DNA of 64,000 nucleotides from a virus (Duplodnaviria; Caudoviricetes): IMG/VR virus record IMGVR_UViG_3300042196_000418; one strand, 5' to 3'. Shown piece by piece: positions 52,832 to 63,639 of this stretch (position 1 is its first letter; each line of letters starts with the position of its first letter). The notes under the pieces were generated by a model. It saw only the letters and a program-made list of their open reading frames with translations, ran no database searches and was not told where the DNA came from. The position numbers and the translations under genes were made by a program.

Positions 52832-54880
52832 ATGTCGAACGAGCTGAACAACATCCTGAACGAGGCTATTCCTGCGTGGGCGAAGCTGACGGGTACCAAG
52901 CTCGGCGCCAGCTCGTTCTCGTTCACGCTTGGCAGTAACTCCGAATTCCAGAGCTACGATCTCAAGAAGTACGTCGATGACTTGAACGCGTCCCGATCGC
53001 TCGACATGTCGGGGACAACGACGGTTTTGCTCCTCCGCGGTTTGTTCGAAGCGTACGTCGAGGAAAAGTCGTTCAAGGTTCATTCGCTCCTGTACGCAGC
53101 CGCCGAGGTCGAGAAAACGCTCGCCACGCTACGCGCGTTCCACGCAATGATCACGCAAGCGCCCTGCGAGGACGCCGTCACTGCGTTCCAGGAGACGGTG
53201 CGCGCGGCGGCCGTGCACTACGGCTACGACCTCGGCAAGTTCAAGAAGCACCTCGCGGACGAGCGTGGCCTCGGCCAGCTCCGCCTCGCCGCCTCGCGTA
53301 GCCTCGGCAGACTCGCCACACACCAGTTCACGCAGGGTGCGCGAGATCCGAAGCCGCTCCAGTACAACCGCCAGATCTTCGAGTTCTCGAGCATCAACGC
53401 GTTCGTCTACGCGTTGCGCCGCCAGATGGTCTCGGGCATCACGTTGGCGCTGATCCGTTCAGGTGACGTCTACAAAACCTACTTCGTGCTCGGGCTGCGC
53501 AATGGCGAGACGACCACGATCTTGACCGACTTCGAGGAAGGGGCGCACCCCGAGTACCACAACATGACCCGTCGTCCCGATCGGCGTCTCGAAGAGCGGT
53601 CGCAGCAGCACTGGTTCCCGTACAGGCTCCTCGAAGAGGATCCGGTCAAGCACAAGCACCTCAAGAACAAGACCGCGCTCGTCCCGCTGGACGCCAAGGC
53701 GTTGCCGATCGAGGAGATCACGAACCTGGAGCCCTCCGAGTTCATCTGGCTCGTGCTTCTGTTCGATCTCGTCTCTACCAAGTTCGACCGCGACGATTAC
53801 AAGGCGCCCGAGCTGTCGTACACAGGAGAGATGGTCGTGTCGCCCCACGCGCTCGTGGAAGCGAGCAGTGCCCTCGTGCTTGCCGGGCAGTACGCGCCGC
53901 TGATCCTGCCAAAGCTCACCGCCCGAACGGCGACGCCGGAGCTGGCAGAAAACCACAAGCCTGTCGGACACAACGCGTGGCTGGAGGAGCGCTACCGCGA
54001 TCACGTGCCCGAGATCTTGCTCGACGTGGTCGGCGAACGAAAGGCTCTCGAAGTGGGCAAGGAAGCCGGCAAGCTACTCCCTGGCACGATCAAGGAAGCG
54101 AAGCTACCGACGATGCGCAAGCAACCGGGCGTCATCGGGTGGGGACCAGACTATCGTGTCGGGGCTCTTCATCCCCAGGCGCTCGATCCAACCTACTTCG
54201 GCACCCAGAAGGACATCGAGCGCACACGCGCTTGGTACGCGCGCGTGAACCTCATAAAGGCGGTCCAGCGCCTCGCGTCCGCAGAATTCGTCGCGAAGCA
54301 CGAGCTGATCTTGTCGTGGTACCGCAAGCGCATCGAGCGGAACATGACCTTCATCTGGAAGGCCGTTGCGCATGCCGAGCTGATGGCCCCCATCACGACG
54401 TGGGACAGCGACGAAGATCATGGCTTCCCGTCCGAGGACAAACTGCGCTGGAAGGAGGGAAACATCCTCCAGCAGAAACAGGCTCCCAAGTACAACCCGT
54501 TCTACAGCAGCCGCGAGACCGTGCAGATCGGCGGTTGGGACAACGACCGCAACTACAACGTGTGCGCGCTCGATCCTCCCACACGCGCGACGGTGTTCAC
54601 GATCATTGAACCGGACAACCCTCGCGCGCTCGCGCTCCTGATGGGCATCCCGGAGAAGAAGATGCCGTGGCCGCTCCAGCACTGGTCGACGCGCGAGCCG
54701 TACACCGGCAACAGCATCCTCGATCGCATCGATCCACAGGACTCACGACTCGACGACCCGTGGCGCCATCTTGAGCTGCGCCTCACGATCTCGCTCTCGA
54801 AACGCGCCTACAACCGGCTCCGCAAGGAGCACGGCCTGCCGCCCAAGGAGGTCGTGGAAGCCAAGGAGGACGCAGAATGA
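52832..54880 (+). CDS. Large hypothetical protein (~680 aa)
   Basis: Long ORF with a strong GC3 codon pattern; no motif recognised. Confidence 0.8.
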   Translation: MSNELNNILNEAIPAWAKLTGTKLGASSFSFTLGSNSEFQSYDLKKYVDDLNASRSLDMSGTTTVLLLRGLFEAYVEEKSFKVHSLLYAAAEVEKTLATLRAFHAMITQAPCEDAVTAFQETVRAAAVHYGYDLGKFKKHLADERGLGQLRLAASRSLGRLATHQFTQGARDPKPLQYNRQIFEFSSINAFVYALRRQMVSGITLALIRSGDVYKTYFVLGLRNGETTTILTDFEEGAHPEYHNMTRRPDRRLEERSQQHWFPYRLLEEDPVKHKHLKNKTALVPLDAKALPIEEITNLEPSEFIWLVLLFDLVSTKFDRDDYKAPELSYTGEMVVSPHALVEASSALVLAGQYAPLILPKLTARTATPELAENHKPVGHNAWLEERYRDHVPEILLDVVGERKALEVGKEAGKLLPGTIKEAKLPTMRKQPGVIGWGPDYRVGALHPQALDPTYFGTQKDIERTRAWYARVNLIKAVQRLASAEFVAKHELILSWYRKRIERNMTFIWKAVAHAELMAPITTWDSDEDHGFPSEDKLRWKEGNILQQKQAPKYNPFYSSRETVQIGGWDNDRNYNVCALDPPTRATVFTIIEPDNPRALALLMGIPEKKMPWPLQHWSTREPYTGNSILDRIDPQDSRLDDPWRHLELRLTISLSKRAYNRLRKEHGLPPKEVVEAKEDAE

Positions 54881-55068
54881 GCACGAGAAAGGTTCGACAA
54901 CCACGCGCGTGCCCAGGGATGAAGAGGGACGGCCGCTGTAGTCCTGGCGCTTGGCTCTGTCGCCTTTGCAAGCGGTGGCATTACCTCAAACGCTGTCCGA
55001 TTAGGCGCGGGACCTTGTCCACCCAGCGTGGCCGGCCGGACTTCAGCAAGTGGGATCTCCTGTGAGGC

Positions 55069-55199
55069 GGGTACGAAACTACCCGTGTCTTGAGCACTAC
55101 GGGCACTACGGCTCGGGACCTTGGCGGAGACGGGTGCGCGCCTACCCATGCTTGTCTCCCAAGTACTTGCACGACGTCGCAGTCGGCACGCGAACTGCT
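55069..55199 (+). promoter_or_regulatory. sigma54-type promoter P5 with paired palindromes
   Basis: CGGCACGCGAACTGCT at 55184-99; palindromes at 55069-84 and 55132-47; ATG at 55212. Confidence 0.8.
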
Positions 55200-55211
55200 T
55201 TATCTGCGGCC

Positions 55212-55895
55212 ATGAGCAAGTCCCAGCGCAGCAAGCGGTCCCGCGGGGTGGTCGACCGATCGGCCACCACGGACGTCCTCACGCAGCTCGAATGTGCAAT
55301 CCGTAATCCCCACGCCGCGGCGATCGGCGCCGTGGTCGGTGGCCTCGTCCCCTGGTTCGGCCGCACGCTCGCACACGTCGAGATCCCGGTGGCGTGGTCC
55401 GCTGGTAACCAGCCGTTCGCACTGGTGATGCTCGCCGTCGTGCTCGGCTGCGCGTGCTTCTCTGCGATCTCGGTCTACAAGTTCGGCAAGGCCGCGTTCG
55501 GCGACACGCGAAAGGCCCTCGGCTTCGTGCTCGCCCTGGAAGGCGTCATGCTGGTCAGCCACGGCGCCACGAGCGCCGTTGCACTCGCAGTTCTGGTCCT
55601 GATCAACGCGATCGCGAACGGTTCGGTGATCGCGCTCTCGCGTGACGCCACGCGCCGCCAGCGCGAGGCGGATGCGCGCCGCGCCGGGACCCGCGCCCGC
55701 ACCCGCGCTGGCCACAACGCGCCGCACGAGCAGCCCGCGGCGCCGTCCCCGCGCCCCGCCCCTGCCATGCCGAGCCGCGCACCCCGCCCAGCCCAGACGC
55801 CGGGCAGCGCGCTCGTCACGCCCATGTGGCGACGCGCGACGCTCGACGACGTGATCGACGCCGAGATCGTCTCCGAAGAAAGGCTCCCGTCGTGA
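55212..55895 (+). CDS. Predicted membrane protein with a Pro/Ala-rich tail; first gene after P5
   Basis: Four hydrophobic segments. Confidence 0.7.
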   Translation: MSKSQRSKRSRGVVDRSATTDVLTQLECAIRNPHAAAIGAVVGGLVPWFGRTLAHVEIPVAWSAGNQPFALVMLAVVLGCACFSAISVYKFGKAAFGDTRKALGFVLALEGVMLVSHGATSAVALAVLVLINAIANGSVIALSRDATRRQREADARRAGTRARTRAGHNAPHEQPAAPSPRPAPAMPSRAPRPAQTPGSALVTPMWRRATLDDVIDAEIVSEERLPS

Positions 55896-57447
55896 CCGCT
55901 GCCGCCCTTCGTGCCCGCGTCTTCAGCTATGGCCCCGGTCCGCACTCGATCAGAGATCACGTCCAACTCGCGATTCAGGCGCACGACCTCACGCGCGCAG
56001 AATGTCGTCTGCTCAAAGCGATCGTCACGAACAACAGGATGGACACCAAGAGCTACCAGCTCGGACAGAAGTGCGGTCGCTTTCTGCAAGGCTACGAGGA
56101 GCCATGGCCCTCGGATCCACGCAGCGGCTGGGTTCTCGTCGAATTCTGGTGCAATCCTGTCGAACAGGAAGATGCGGTTCGCGTCTACGTCGACCATGTC
56201 AATGAGGAGTTCGCGCGCATGAAAAATGCGTTGCTTGCCGATAGCGAGGAGACATGAGCATCGATCGTCCCACCCCGATCCAGCGCGGCTTCGAGTACGA
56301 GGTGAAGTTGGCCGTGTCGATCCCGACTGCATGGGCACAACTGCTCAAGGACGCCGCCAAGCACCACTACGACCATCGGTGCAACGAGGCCGGGCACCAC
56401 GGCGTGGTCAACGGGCTCTACAACACGTCGCAGAACGGCCCGTTGCAGAGCACCCTTGCCGTAACCTGGCGCGACCTCGATCTTGTCACCAAGATCGCCG
56501 AGCAGCTCGAATACCACACCGCCGATCACGTGATGCTCCGCGAGATCCGCTCATGGCTGCGCACGACCAAGGACACGATCGAGAAGCAGCACCGCGCCTG
56601 CCTGGAGCTGCCTGGTTCTCGCGACTACGACGAGGACGTGGAGCCGACGTGAGCCGCAAGAAGACCAAGGAAGACGACGCGTTCGATCCCGGAGAGGTCC
56701 TCTGCGGCCACGGCACGCGCATCACTCAGCGCTCCCACTATCTCGGTGGCGGCCTGTGGGTCTGCTTCGAGTGCTTCGCGAAGCTCTTGCTTGGAGGCCG
56801 CACGCCGCTCCCGCGTCAGGAGACCCCGTGAGCAAACAGCAAGTCCGCGCGCGCATGCTCGACGCATGATCATCGGCACAGGTGCACGATCGACGCCCGC
56901 GAAGATCGCCGAGTTCCGGCAAGACCTCCGTTGTCGCTGGATCTACCTGACGCTCGACTTCTTGGAGTTCCCTCTCAAGAGCGGCGACGGCCACGTCTCG
57001 GGGTTGCGCGGTCCGTACCACATCGGCGCGATCTCGGTCGCAGAGGACGGGGCGATGCTCAACTTCTGGATGAGCCACGCGACGGCGCAGATCCCCAAGG
57101 ACGAGTCCATGCAGGTCGCCGCCGCGTCGCTCGTCGCCTGGACGACGCTCTCGATGCTCAACTGCGCCAACATCGAGGCCGTCGAGCACAAGATTCCCGA
57201 CGCATTCCAGAAGGCGCGGCAGCGGATCAGCAAGCGTCCGTTCGTCTCGTATCACACCGTGCGCGTCGACCTCGACAAGACCCCGCGCCAGATCACTGCG
57301 CCCAGCCTGCCGGGTGACGGAACCACGCCCCGTCTCCACAAGAAGCGCGGCCACATGAAGGACTACCGCCGCGGCAATGGCCTGTTCGGCCGCTACAAGG
57401 GCGTCTGGTTCTGGGGCGACATGACAGCCGGATCAAAAAACGAAGGT

Positions 57448-57545
57448 GTCGTCGTGTCCGACTACGAGGTGAGCCCGTGACGAAGAAGACGGGAGGGCGT
57501 CGTCGTGTCCGACTACGAGGTGAGCCCGTGACGAAGAAGACGGGA
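57448..57545. repeat. 47-bp tandem duplication of a gene junction
   Basis: GTCGTCGTGTCCGACTACGAGGTGAGCCCGTGACGAAGAAGACGGGA at 57448-57494 and 57499-57545. Confidence 0.92.
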
Positions 57546-57557
57546 CAACGCGACGCG

Positions 57558-58457
57558 ATGTCTGACCTCCGGGCCAACGTCGACAGTATCGTCGCAGGAC
57601 TCTACGATCTGCGCCGTGACCCGCGCCGCGATCTAGTGCTTGAGCGCGCGATCCACCTCGCCGACGTGCTTGCTGCGAAGATAAGGGCGATCGCTGCACG
57701 AGACCACACACGCGGCGACAGCTTTTCCACCGGTCACCTGAAAGTCTTCGTCGACAACCGCGAACGCGACTTCGTCTTCCGACCGGACAGCGTCGGCGAC
57801 ACCGGCGTCATCGAACAGATCTTCGAGAGCAAGGACTACGACCTCAAGCGCTTCACCTTGGGCGCGCTCTTCGAGCACTACGTCGAAAGTATCCGCGAGA
57901 GTGGTCGACGACCCCTCATCGTCGACGCAGGCGCCAACATCGGCGCGAGCCCAATCTATTTTCTCTCGCAGTATCCAGACGCCACGATCGTCGCCATCGA
58001 GCCGGAGCGACGAAACTGTGCCCTCCTACGCGTCAACTGCACCGGCCTCGCTGTGCAGATCATCGAGGCGGCACTCTGTAGCGGGCCGGGCCGGCGATTT
58101 CTGAGCGATCCTGGGCGTAGCGACTGGGGCTTTCAAGTTACCGACTCCGACCAAGGTCTCTACGAGGTCGCTGCTGTTTCCGTTCCCCAAATCCTGCGAG
58201 ACTATCCGTCCAGCGCCTACGCGCCAGCGATCGTCAAGATCGACATCGAGGGCAGCGAGAAGGACCTCTTTTCAGGCGAGATAGGTTGGCTGAAGACTGT
58301 CCCGCTCCTCATCATCGAGCTGCACGACTGGATGCTGCCGGGTGAGGCCGCGGCGCGAAACTTCCTGCGAGCGATCTCGACATTCGATTTCGATTTCGTC
58401 CACGTCGGCGAGAACGCGTTCTGCTTCAACAACGCACTGCTGAAGAAGGATCCATGA
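57558..58457 (+). CDS. FkbM-family SAM-dependent methyltransferase
   Basis: Motifs IVDAGANIGAS, VAIEPE..N..LL..N, IVKIDIEGSE and IIELHD. The start is uncertain (57477-57558). Confidence 0.88.
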   Translation: MSDLRANVDSIVAGLYDLRRDPRRDLVLERAIHLADVLAAKIRAIAARDHTRGDSFSTGHLKVFVDNRERDFVFRPDSVGDTGVIEQIFESKDYDLKRFTLGALFEHYVESIRESGRRPLIVDAGANIGASPIYFLSQYPDATIVAIEPERRNCALLRVNCTGLAVQIIEAALCSGPGRRFLSDPGRSDWGFQVTDSDQGLYEVAAVSVPQILRDYPSSAYAPAIVKIDIEGSEKDLFSGEIGWLKTVPLLIIELHDWMLPGEAAARNFLRAISTFDFDFVHVGENAFCFNNALLKKDP

Positions 58458-59247
58458 GGCATCTCGTTGACTGCACGCGGACGAAAGCGGGAACACCGTG
58501 AGTCGCGCGGCCCCAACATGGTGGCCGCCGAAGATCGGCGACAAGCTGCGGCACGGCACGAAGCATCACGGCGGAGGTGGCCGCATGATCGACGTCGAGG
58601 TGCTCCTACACGTTCTCTCCGTATTCGAGGACAAGGACGGCGAGCAGCGCATCGTCACCTCGGAGTGGTTCCCGACGGAGCGCCGATGGAACTACACCGT
58701 CATGTGGTGGTACGAGGCGGCCATCGGGCTTATCTGGCGCGACGGCACGAAGAAGCCGGAGGAACCGTGAAGCTCAAGATGTGGGTCGGTAACCTCGATG
58801 GCCGGCGCGAGGGGCTCGTGATCGCGCCGTCCAAGAAGCGTGCGCGCGAAGTTCTCGGTCAGCGCACGAGCGAATCCGACTTCAACAGCTACTGGCGTGA
58901 GTGGCCGGTCGATCCACACCTCGAACCCGAGGTCCTCTACACGCGGCGATTCGGTATGGAACCATGGTTCCGCGGACGGTGCGAGCTGTGAGTTCGCGCA
59001 GGCATGTCTCCAAGGGCGTGCGTGACATGCGTGCGCACTACCGATCGGCCTGGGTCGGTGCAGTGCTTCGCCGTGAAAAGCGCGAGTACAACGGTCGCCG
59101 GATCGGCGACCTCTTGACCGTCGTCCTTGTCGCCGATCGCCACGGCAAGCCCATGCAGCGTCGGATCGTGATGTCGATCGACGCGAGCTGGACGACGCCG
59201 GTCACGTTCGATACGACCGCCGTGAACCCCGACTGGTGGGTGATTCC

Positions 59248-59679
59248 GTGACGTTCATCGATCGCGCGACCACGATCGCCCGCGGCATCCGCACCGATCT
59301 CTTGCGCTACGACGAGACGCCGCGCGACCTTGCTGGTCAGTGCGGTCTTGCCGCGATGCTCATGGCGGCAGCCTTCGAGAACCCCCACGCGCTCCGCACG
59401 GGCTTCTATATGAAGTTCGAGATGCTGTTCGGCAAGCGCGGGCGGTACCCGCATCGCCACGCCTGGTGTCGTGTCGGCACGCTGATCGTCGATGTCACCG
59501 CGACGCAGTTCGATCAGAGCAACAAGGCCGTTCACGTGGCGCGCTTCGACGAGGACACACGCTACATCGAAACCGCGAGCGGGCGCGACGCGATCGACGA
59601 CATCATGAACAACTGGCGCGGGCGCGAGGTGCCCGCGTACATGCAGCTCGCCAAGGGCCTGCGGCGAGGGACGCGATGA
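59248..59679 (+). CDS. Possible transglutaminase/papain-like protein
   Basis: GQC...HAWC...IVDVTATQF gives a Cys-His-Asp order. Confidence 0.45.
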   Translation: MTFIDRATTIARGIRTDLLRYDETPRDLAGQCGLAAMLMAAAFENPHALRTGFYMKFEMLFGKRGRYPHRHAWCRVGTLIVDVTATQFDQSNKAVHVARFDEDTRYIETASGRDAIDDIMNNWRGREVPAYMQLAKGLRRGTR

Positions 59680-60952
59680 ATAGAGCCGTGGCCATCAAGA
59701 GCTACCTGCACGCCGGTAAGAGTGTCTGTCCGTTCGCCAAGACATGCCCGGTAGAGCTGGCGTCGGTATCGGCAAACCCTCGTGCAGATCGCGCGGGCAT
59801 CCTCCGAAGCGTCGCCACCTTCGCCACGGCGCGCGGCAACGCGATCATTCTCTTGGCGAAGACCGACGAGGGATTCGCAGCTACCGCCTCCTGGGCCGCA
59901 GAAGCATTTCTTGAGCTGATGATCTGCTGCGCCCAGATCAGCCAACCATCCGTCGCGATCGCGGAGATCGAGCACTACGTAGAGAGCACTATTCGTCCCA
60001 CCCTCAGCTCCGACGAGATCCGGCCCCATCTCGCATTGCACGAGAGTGCTCTGATGACGATCTGCATGACCCCCGTCTATCCAGCAGAGCATCCACGCTA
60101 TGCGCCCCACACGATCCTCGTGGTGACCTGGAGCGCCGACGTCGACGAGGCGTTAGGCGCCGGGGGCATCCCAAAGATCCGAGAGGCCATGGCTAAGGCG
60201 CACGGGCACGTCTATGACGCCAACGAGCTGATGCTGCCGCTGCCAACGAAACGTCCGCCGCTTGCCAAGTCCGAGGCCAACGTCACGAACAACGTCGAGG
60301 TCAAATGATGAAGCTTGTATGGCACCAGCGCGGAGATGGTCTGTGGAACGCGGCCTGTGCATGCAACACGACGATCTGCGGCGTGGATTTCGCCCGCCGC
60401 ACAGAGGCCGAAGCGTCACACTTCGCCCGCGCACGCATGGAGCGCGAGCGTCGGTTCCAGGCAACGCCCGCGCTCGCCCCAGGCAGCCAGATTCCCGCCT
60501 GCGGTCCCAAGCTCCCCGAGCCGAACCCGAACCACCCCGGTCCCCTGGTGTTTCCATGATGAAGTTCTTCAGCAACGGAACGTGGCGTCCGCGCGCGGCC
60601 GAGATCACAGAGGTTCCGACGCCCGTCGGCGAGAGCTGCCTGGCATGCGGAGCTGCGATCCAGCCTGACGACTGCGGCGTCTTGATGGTGCACATGGACA
60701 GGCGCGGCGACGCGTACCGGCCGTGGCACCTCAGCTGTTTCCAGCGATCCCTCGGGATTGAAGGGGCGTCCGCATGATCTTCTTCGTTGCTGTCGCCGTC
60801 GCCGTCGCGGCTGTCGAATCCCACATGGCCAACGAGGGCTACTACGAGATCGACGAGGAGCAGGCCGTCTTCCGCACAGCCGCTCGCGTTTTCGAGTACG
60901 CCCGCGCTTGCTGCCGAACGGCGCTTCCCACCCGCGACCTTCAAGGTTGGTC

Positions 60953-61426
60953 ATGGTGACCAGCGCGCCCCGCCCAAAAGGCAAACAGTTGGGAGCCCTT
61001 TCCATCGCCCTCGTCGGCTGCTCGGGCCCCAAGCTCAAGGTGCCCGCGCCCGCAAGGCAGCTTTACACCTCGCAGTTCCGGGCGACGCTCGCGCTCGCCG
61101 AGCGTCGGCACCACGTCGTCTACGTGATCAGCGCCAAGCACGAGCTCGTGCAGCTCGACCAGGTGATCGAGCCGTACGATCGCACGATGGCGGACATCGC
61201 CAAGGAGTGGCGCGTGATCTGGGGCATCCGCGTGTGGGACTCGATCCTGCGCCGCCACCAGAACGTCGATCGTCAGGTCTACATCTACGCCGGCAAGGAC
61301 TACGCGAAGCCAATCCAGCGCGCAGGGTTCCATCGTGCGGCGTTCCACGAGCCGCTCGCAAAGATGCAGGTCGGGCAGCGTCTCCAGTGGTTGAAGCAGC
61401 AACTCAATGCTCCGAGGCCCGCATGA
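60953..61426 (+). CDS. DUF6884-like protein
   Basis: Motifs LVGCS..K...PAPA..LYTS, ISAKH.LV...IEPYD, AGKDY and PL..M..GQRLQWL. Confidence 0.65.
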   Translation: MVTSAPRPKGKQLGALSIALVGCSGPKLKVPAPARQLYTSQFRATLALAERRHHVVYVISAKHELVQLDQVIEPYDRTMADIAKEWRVIWGIRVWDSILRRHQNVDRQVYIYAGKDYAKPIQRAGFHRAAFHEPLAKMQVGQRLQWLKQQLNAPRPA

Positions 61427-61924
61427 CTCGGCGCCCGCCCGTACTCGTACATGCCTGGATGTCCGCCACGGAGATGACTAGCGCCTGTGGCCTGACCCTG
61501 CGGAGGGCATCGACGTGGACCTACAGCGTCTACAACGCCGCGAACGAGAAACTGTTTTCCGGGACCATGACCAGCATCAAGACGTGGCTCCGCAAGGAAG
61601 GATACGTGGCGTGAACGTTCACGAGGAAAGAGCGTGGAAGTTGCTCGTGTCACTGGGGGCACGAGAGACCATGCTTACCAACAAACACGCGCTCGACCTC
61701 TCACCCATCCGGTTGACGAGCAAGAACAAGCTCGGCCTGTTCGTGCAGGCCGTGCTCGACGTCGTCGGCCGCAGTAACGCGAATCGCCGCCACGTCGATC
61801 GCCGCGGTTGTCCGATCTACGTCGTAACCGACTACTACACGGTAGGCCGGCCCAATGATCGCGATCGTCACGAGCCCGAGCGAAAGGCGTTCATCGCGCG
61901 GACGCGCGAGAGAAAGGCTGCTGA

Positions 61925-62164
61925 ATGATCACCGACGAGCAGATCAGGAAGCTGCGTGACGAGCTGCTATCCGAGATCGCCCGCCTCGCCAGCACGCCAG
62001 AAGCCTGGACGATGCCACTCGACAAGGCCCTCGTGGAAACGGACTGGGCGCTGTCTTGGGACTGGGGCTTTGTCGATGCGTCGTGCGACATCTTTCGAGA
62101 CCGCAGAAAGGCCGCTCGCGCTCGCTGCGCCGAAATCCTCCATACGCGGAAGGCCACCACGTGA
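61925..62164 (+). CDS. TITDEQ/ARARCAEILN family protein (distal copy)
   Basis: MITDEQIR...ARARCAEILHTR. Confidence 0.8.
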   Translation: MITDEQIRKLRDELLSEIARLASTPEAWTMPLDKALVETDWALSWDWGFVDASCDIFRDRRKAARARCAEILHTRKATT

Positions 62165-63027
62165 TCCACAAGCTCGATATCCTCAACGCAACCCAGACAC
62201 CCGTTCCGTGGCTCTCGAGCGTCGAAGCGTTCAAGACGCCACGCACGTTCGAGTTCAAGCCAGGACTCAACGTCCTGTGGGGCCGCAATGGCTCCGGCAA
62301 GACGTCATTGACCAAGGTACTCGCGCGCTTGTTCCACTGCGAGCAGGGCAACCATCCGACGGTCTCGCAAGAGTCGCTCAGCGAGCTGGTCGGCGAACGC
62401 TTCCATCCGATCGATCTCGCCAAGGGCCTCTCGGTCGAACACGACGGCCAGGGCGTACGGCACTTCGATCCGGGTCACGCGGTCGGGTTGATGGCAGGAG
62501 GAGCGGCGTTCGACTGGGACTTCGGAACAGAGGGCATCCAGAACCAGATGTTCAAAGGATCGGCCGGCCAGACGAACATGTTCCGCTTCGACCGCATTCT
62601 CAACGAGATCATCGCGGGCAAGGTCCCGGAGGTCGAATGGAAAATCCGGCGTGAGCTCGTGAGCGATGTGTGGCGTGAACGCATCGACCGCGCGAAGAGC
62701 CTCCTCAAAAAGAACGGGAAGAAGGGTCCGCCAACGATCCTGCTTGACGAGCCCGAGCGCAGCTACGATCTGAACGCCCAGGTCGGAGTCTGGCGCTTGT
62801 TACGCGCGTACTCGGATCAAGTCCAGTTCATCGTAGCGTCACATTCGCTGTTCGCGCTCAAGATCCCCGATGCGCACTACATCGAGCTGTCACCGCGCTA
62901 CCTGGCCGGCTCAGAGGCCGTGCTCGACATTCTCCAGAAGTGGCCGGAAGAGAAACCATCCAAGCCTCCCAAGGAGGCGGCGAAGACCGCGCGCACCGAC
63001 CTGAAGAAGCGCAAGGAGTCGCTATGA
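62161..63027 (+). CDS. ABC-type (AAA_21/SMC-like) ATPase
   Basis: Walker A GRNGSGKT, SAGQ signature, Walker B ILLDEPE and the QFIVASHS H-loop. Confidence 0.85.
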   Translation: MIHKLDILNATQTPVPWLSSVEAFKTPRTFEFKPGLNVLWGRNGSGKTSLTKVLARLFHCEQGNHPTVSQESLSELVGERFHPIDLAKGLSVEHDGQGVRHFDPGHAVGLMAGGAAFDWDFGTEGIQNQMFKGSAGQTNMFRFDRILNEIIAGKVPEVEWKIRRELVSDVWRERIDRAKSLLKKNGKKGPPTILLDEPERSYDLNAQVGVWRLLRAYSDQVQFIVASHSLFALKIPDAHYIELSPRYLAGSEAVLDILQKWPEEKPSKPPKEAAKTARTDLKKRKESL

Positions 63028-63639
63028 CCAAAGAACTCGACGTTGCTGTCAACCAGCTACTAACCACGGCGCAGATGGCGTTCACCACCTCCGACGCGCT
63101 TCCCGACATCAAACAGAGTGCGGACGCGCTACGCGAGATGCTCCGCGAATGGCGCGAGCACGACAAGCGCGTTGAATCGACGGTGGTTGGGCTGCTCCGG
63201 CTCGTGCAGTCCCGCTGCAAGCACGTCGGTGCAGCGACCGGCCGCAACGACCGCGACGGCTCGTGGATGGCGCCATGTCCGACGTGTGGAGAGAGTCGAT
63301 GAAGCTGATCTGGTTCCAACGTCCCGACGGCTTGTGGAACGCTGACTGTACGTGCGGCGCGTCGTGCTGCGGCATCGTCCTTGGCGAGCGGGCCGAGTGC
63401 GAAGCGTGGCACTTCCAGAAGACCGACGAAGATCGCAAGAACGGCAACAAGTACTACGCAGGCGGATTCGACGGCGTCGAGGTTCACTACGCCATGCACG
63501 AGCTGCGCTTCTCGACATACTGCCTGGGCTCCGCCATCCCTGACGTCGCGCGGCTCGCGATGATCGCATGGCAGCGTTGGGGCGGAGAGGTCTCCGCGGA
63601 TCCAGAAGTCAGGCGTGTCGTGTACAAGGATACCCACCC

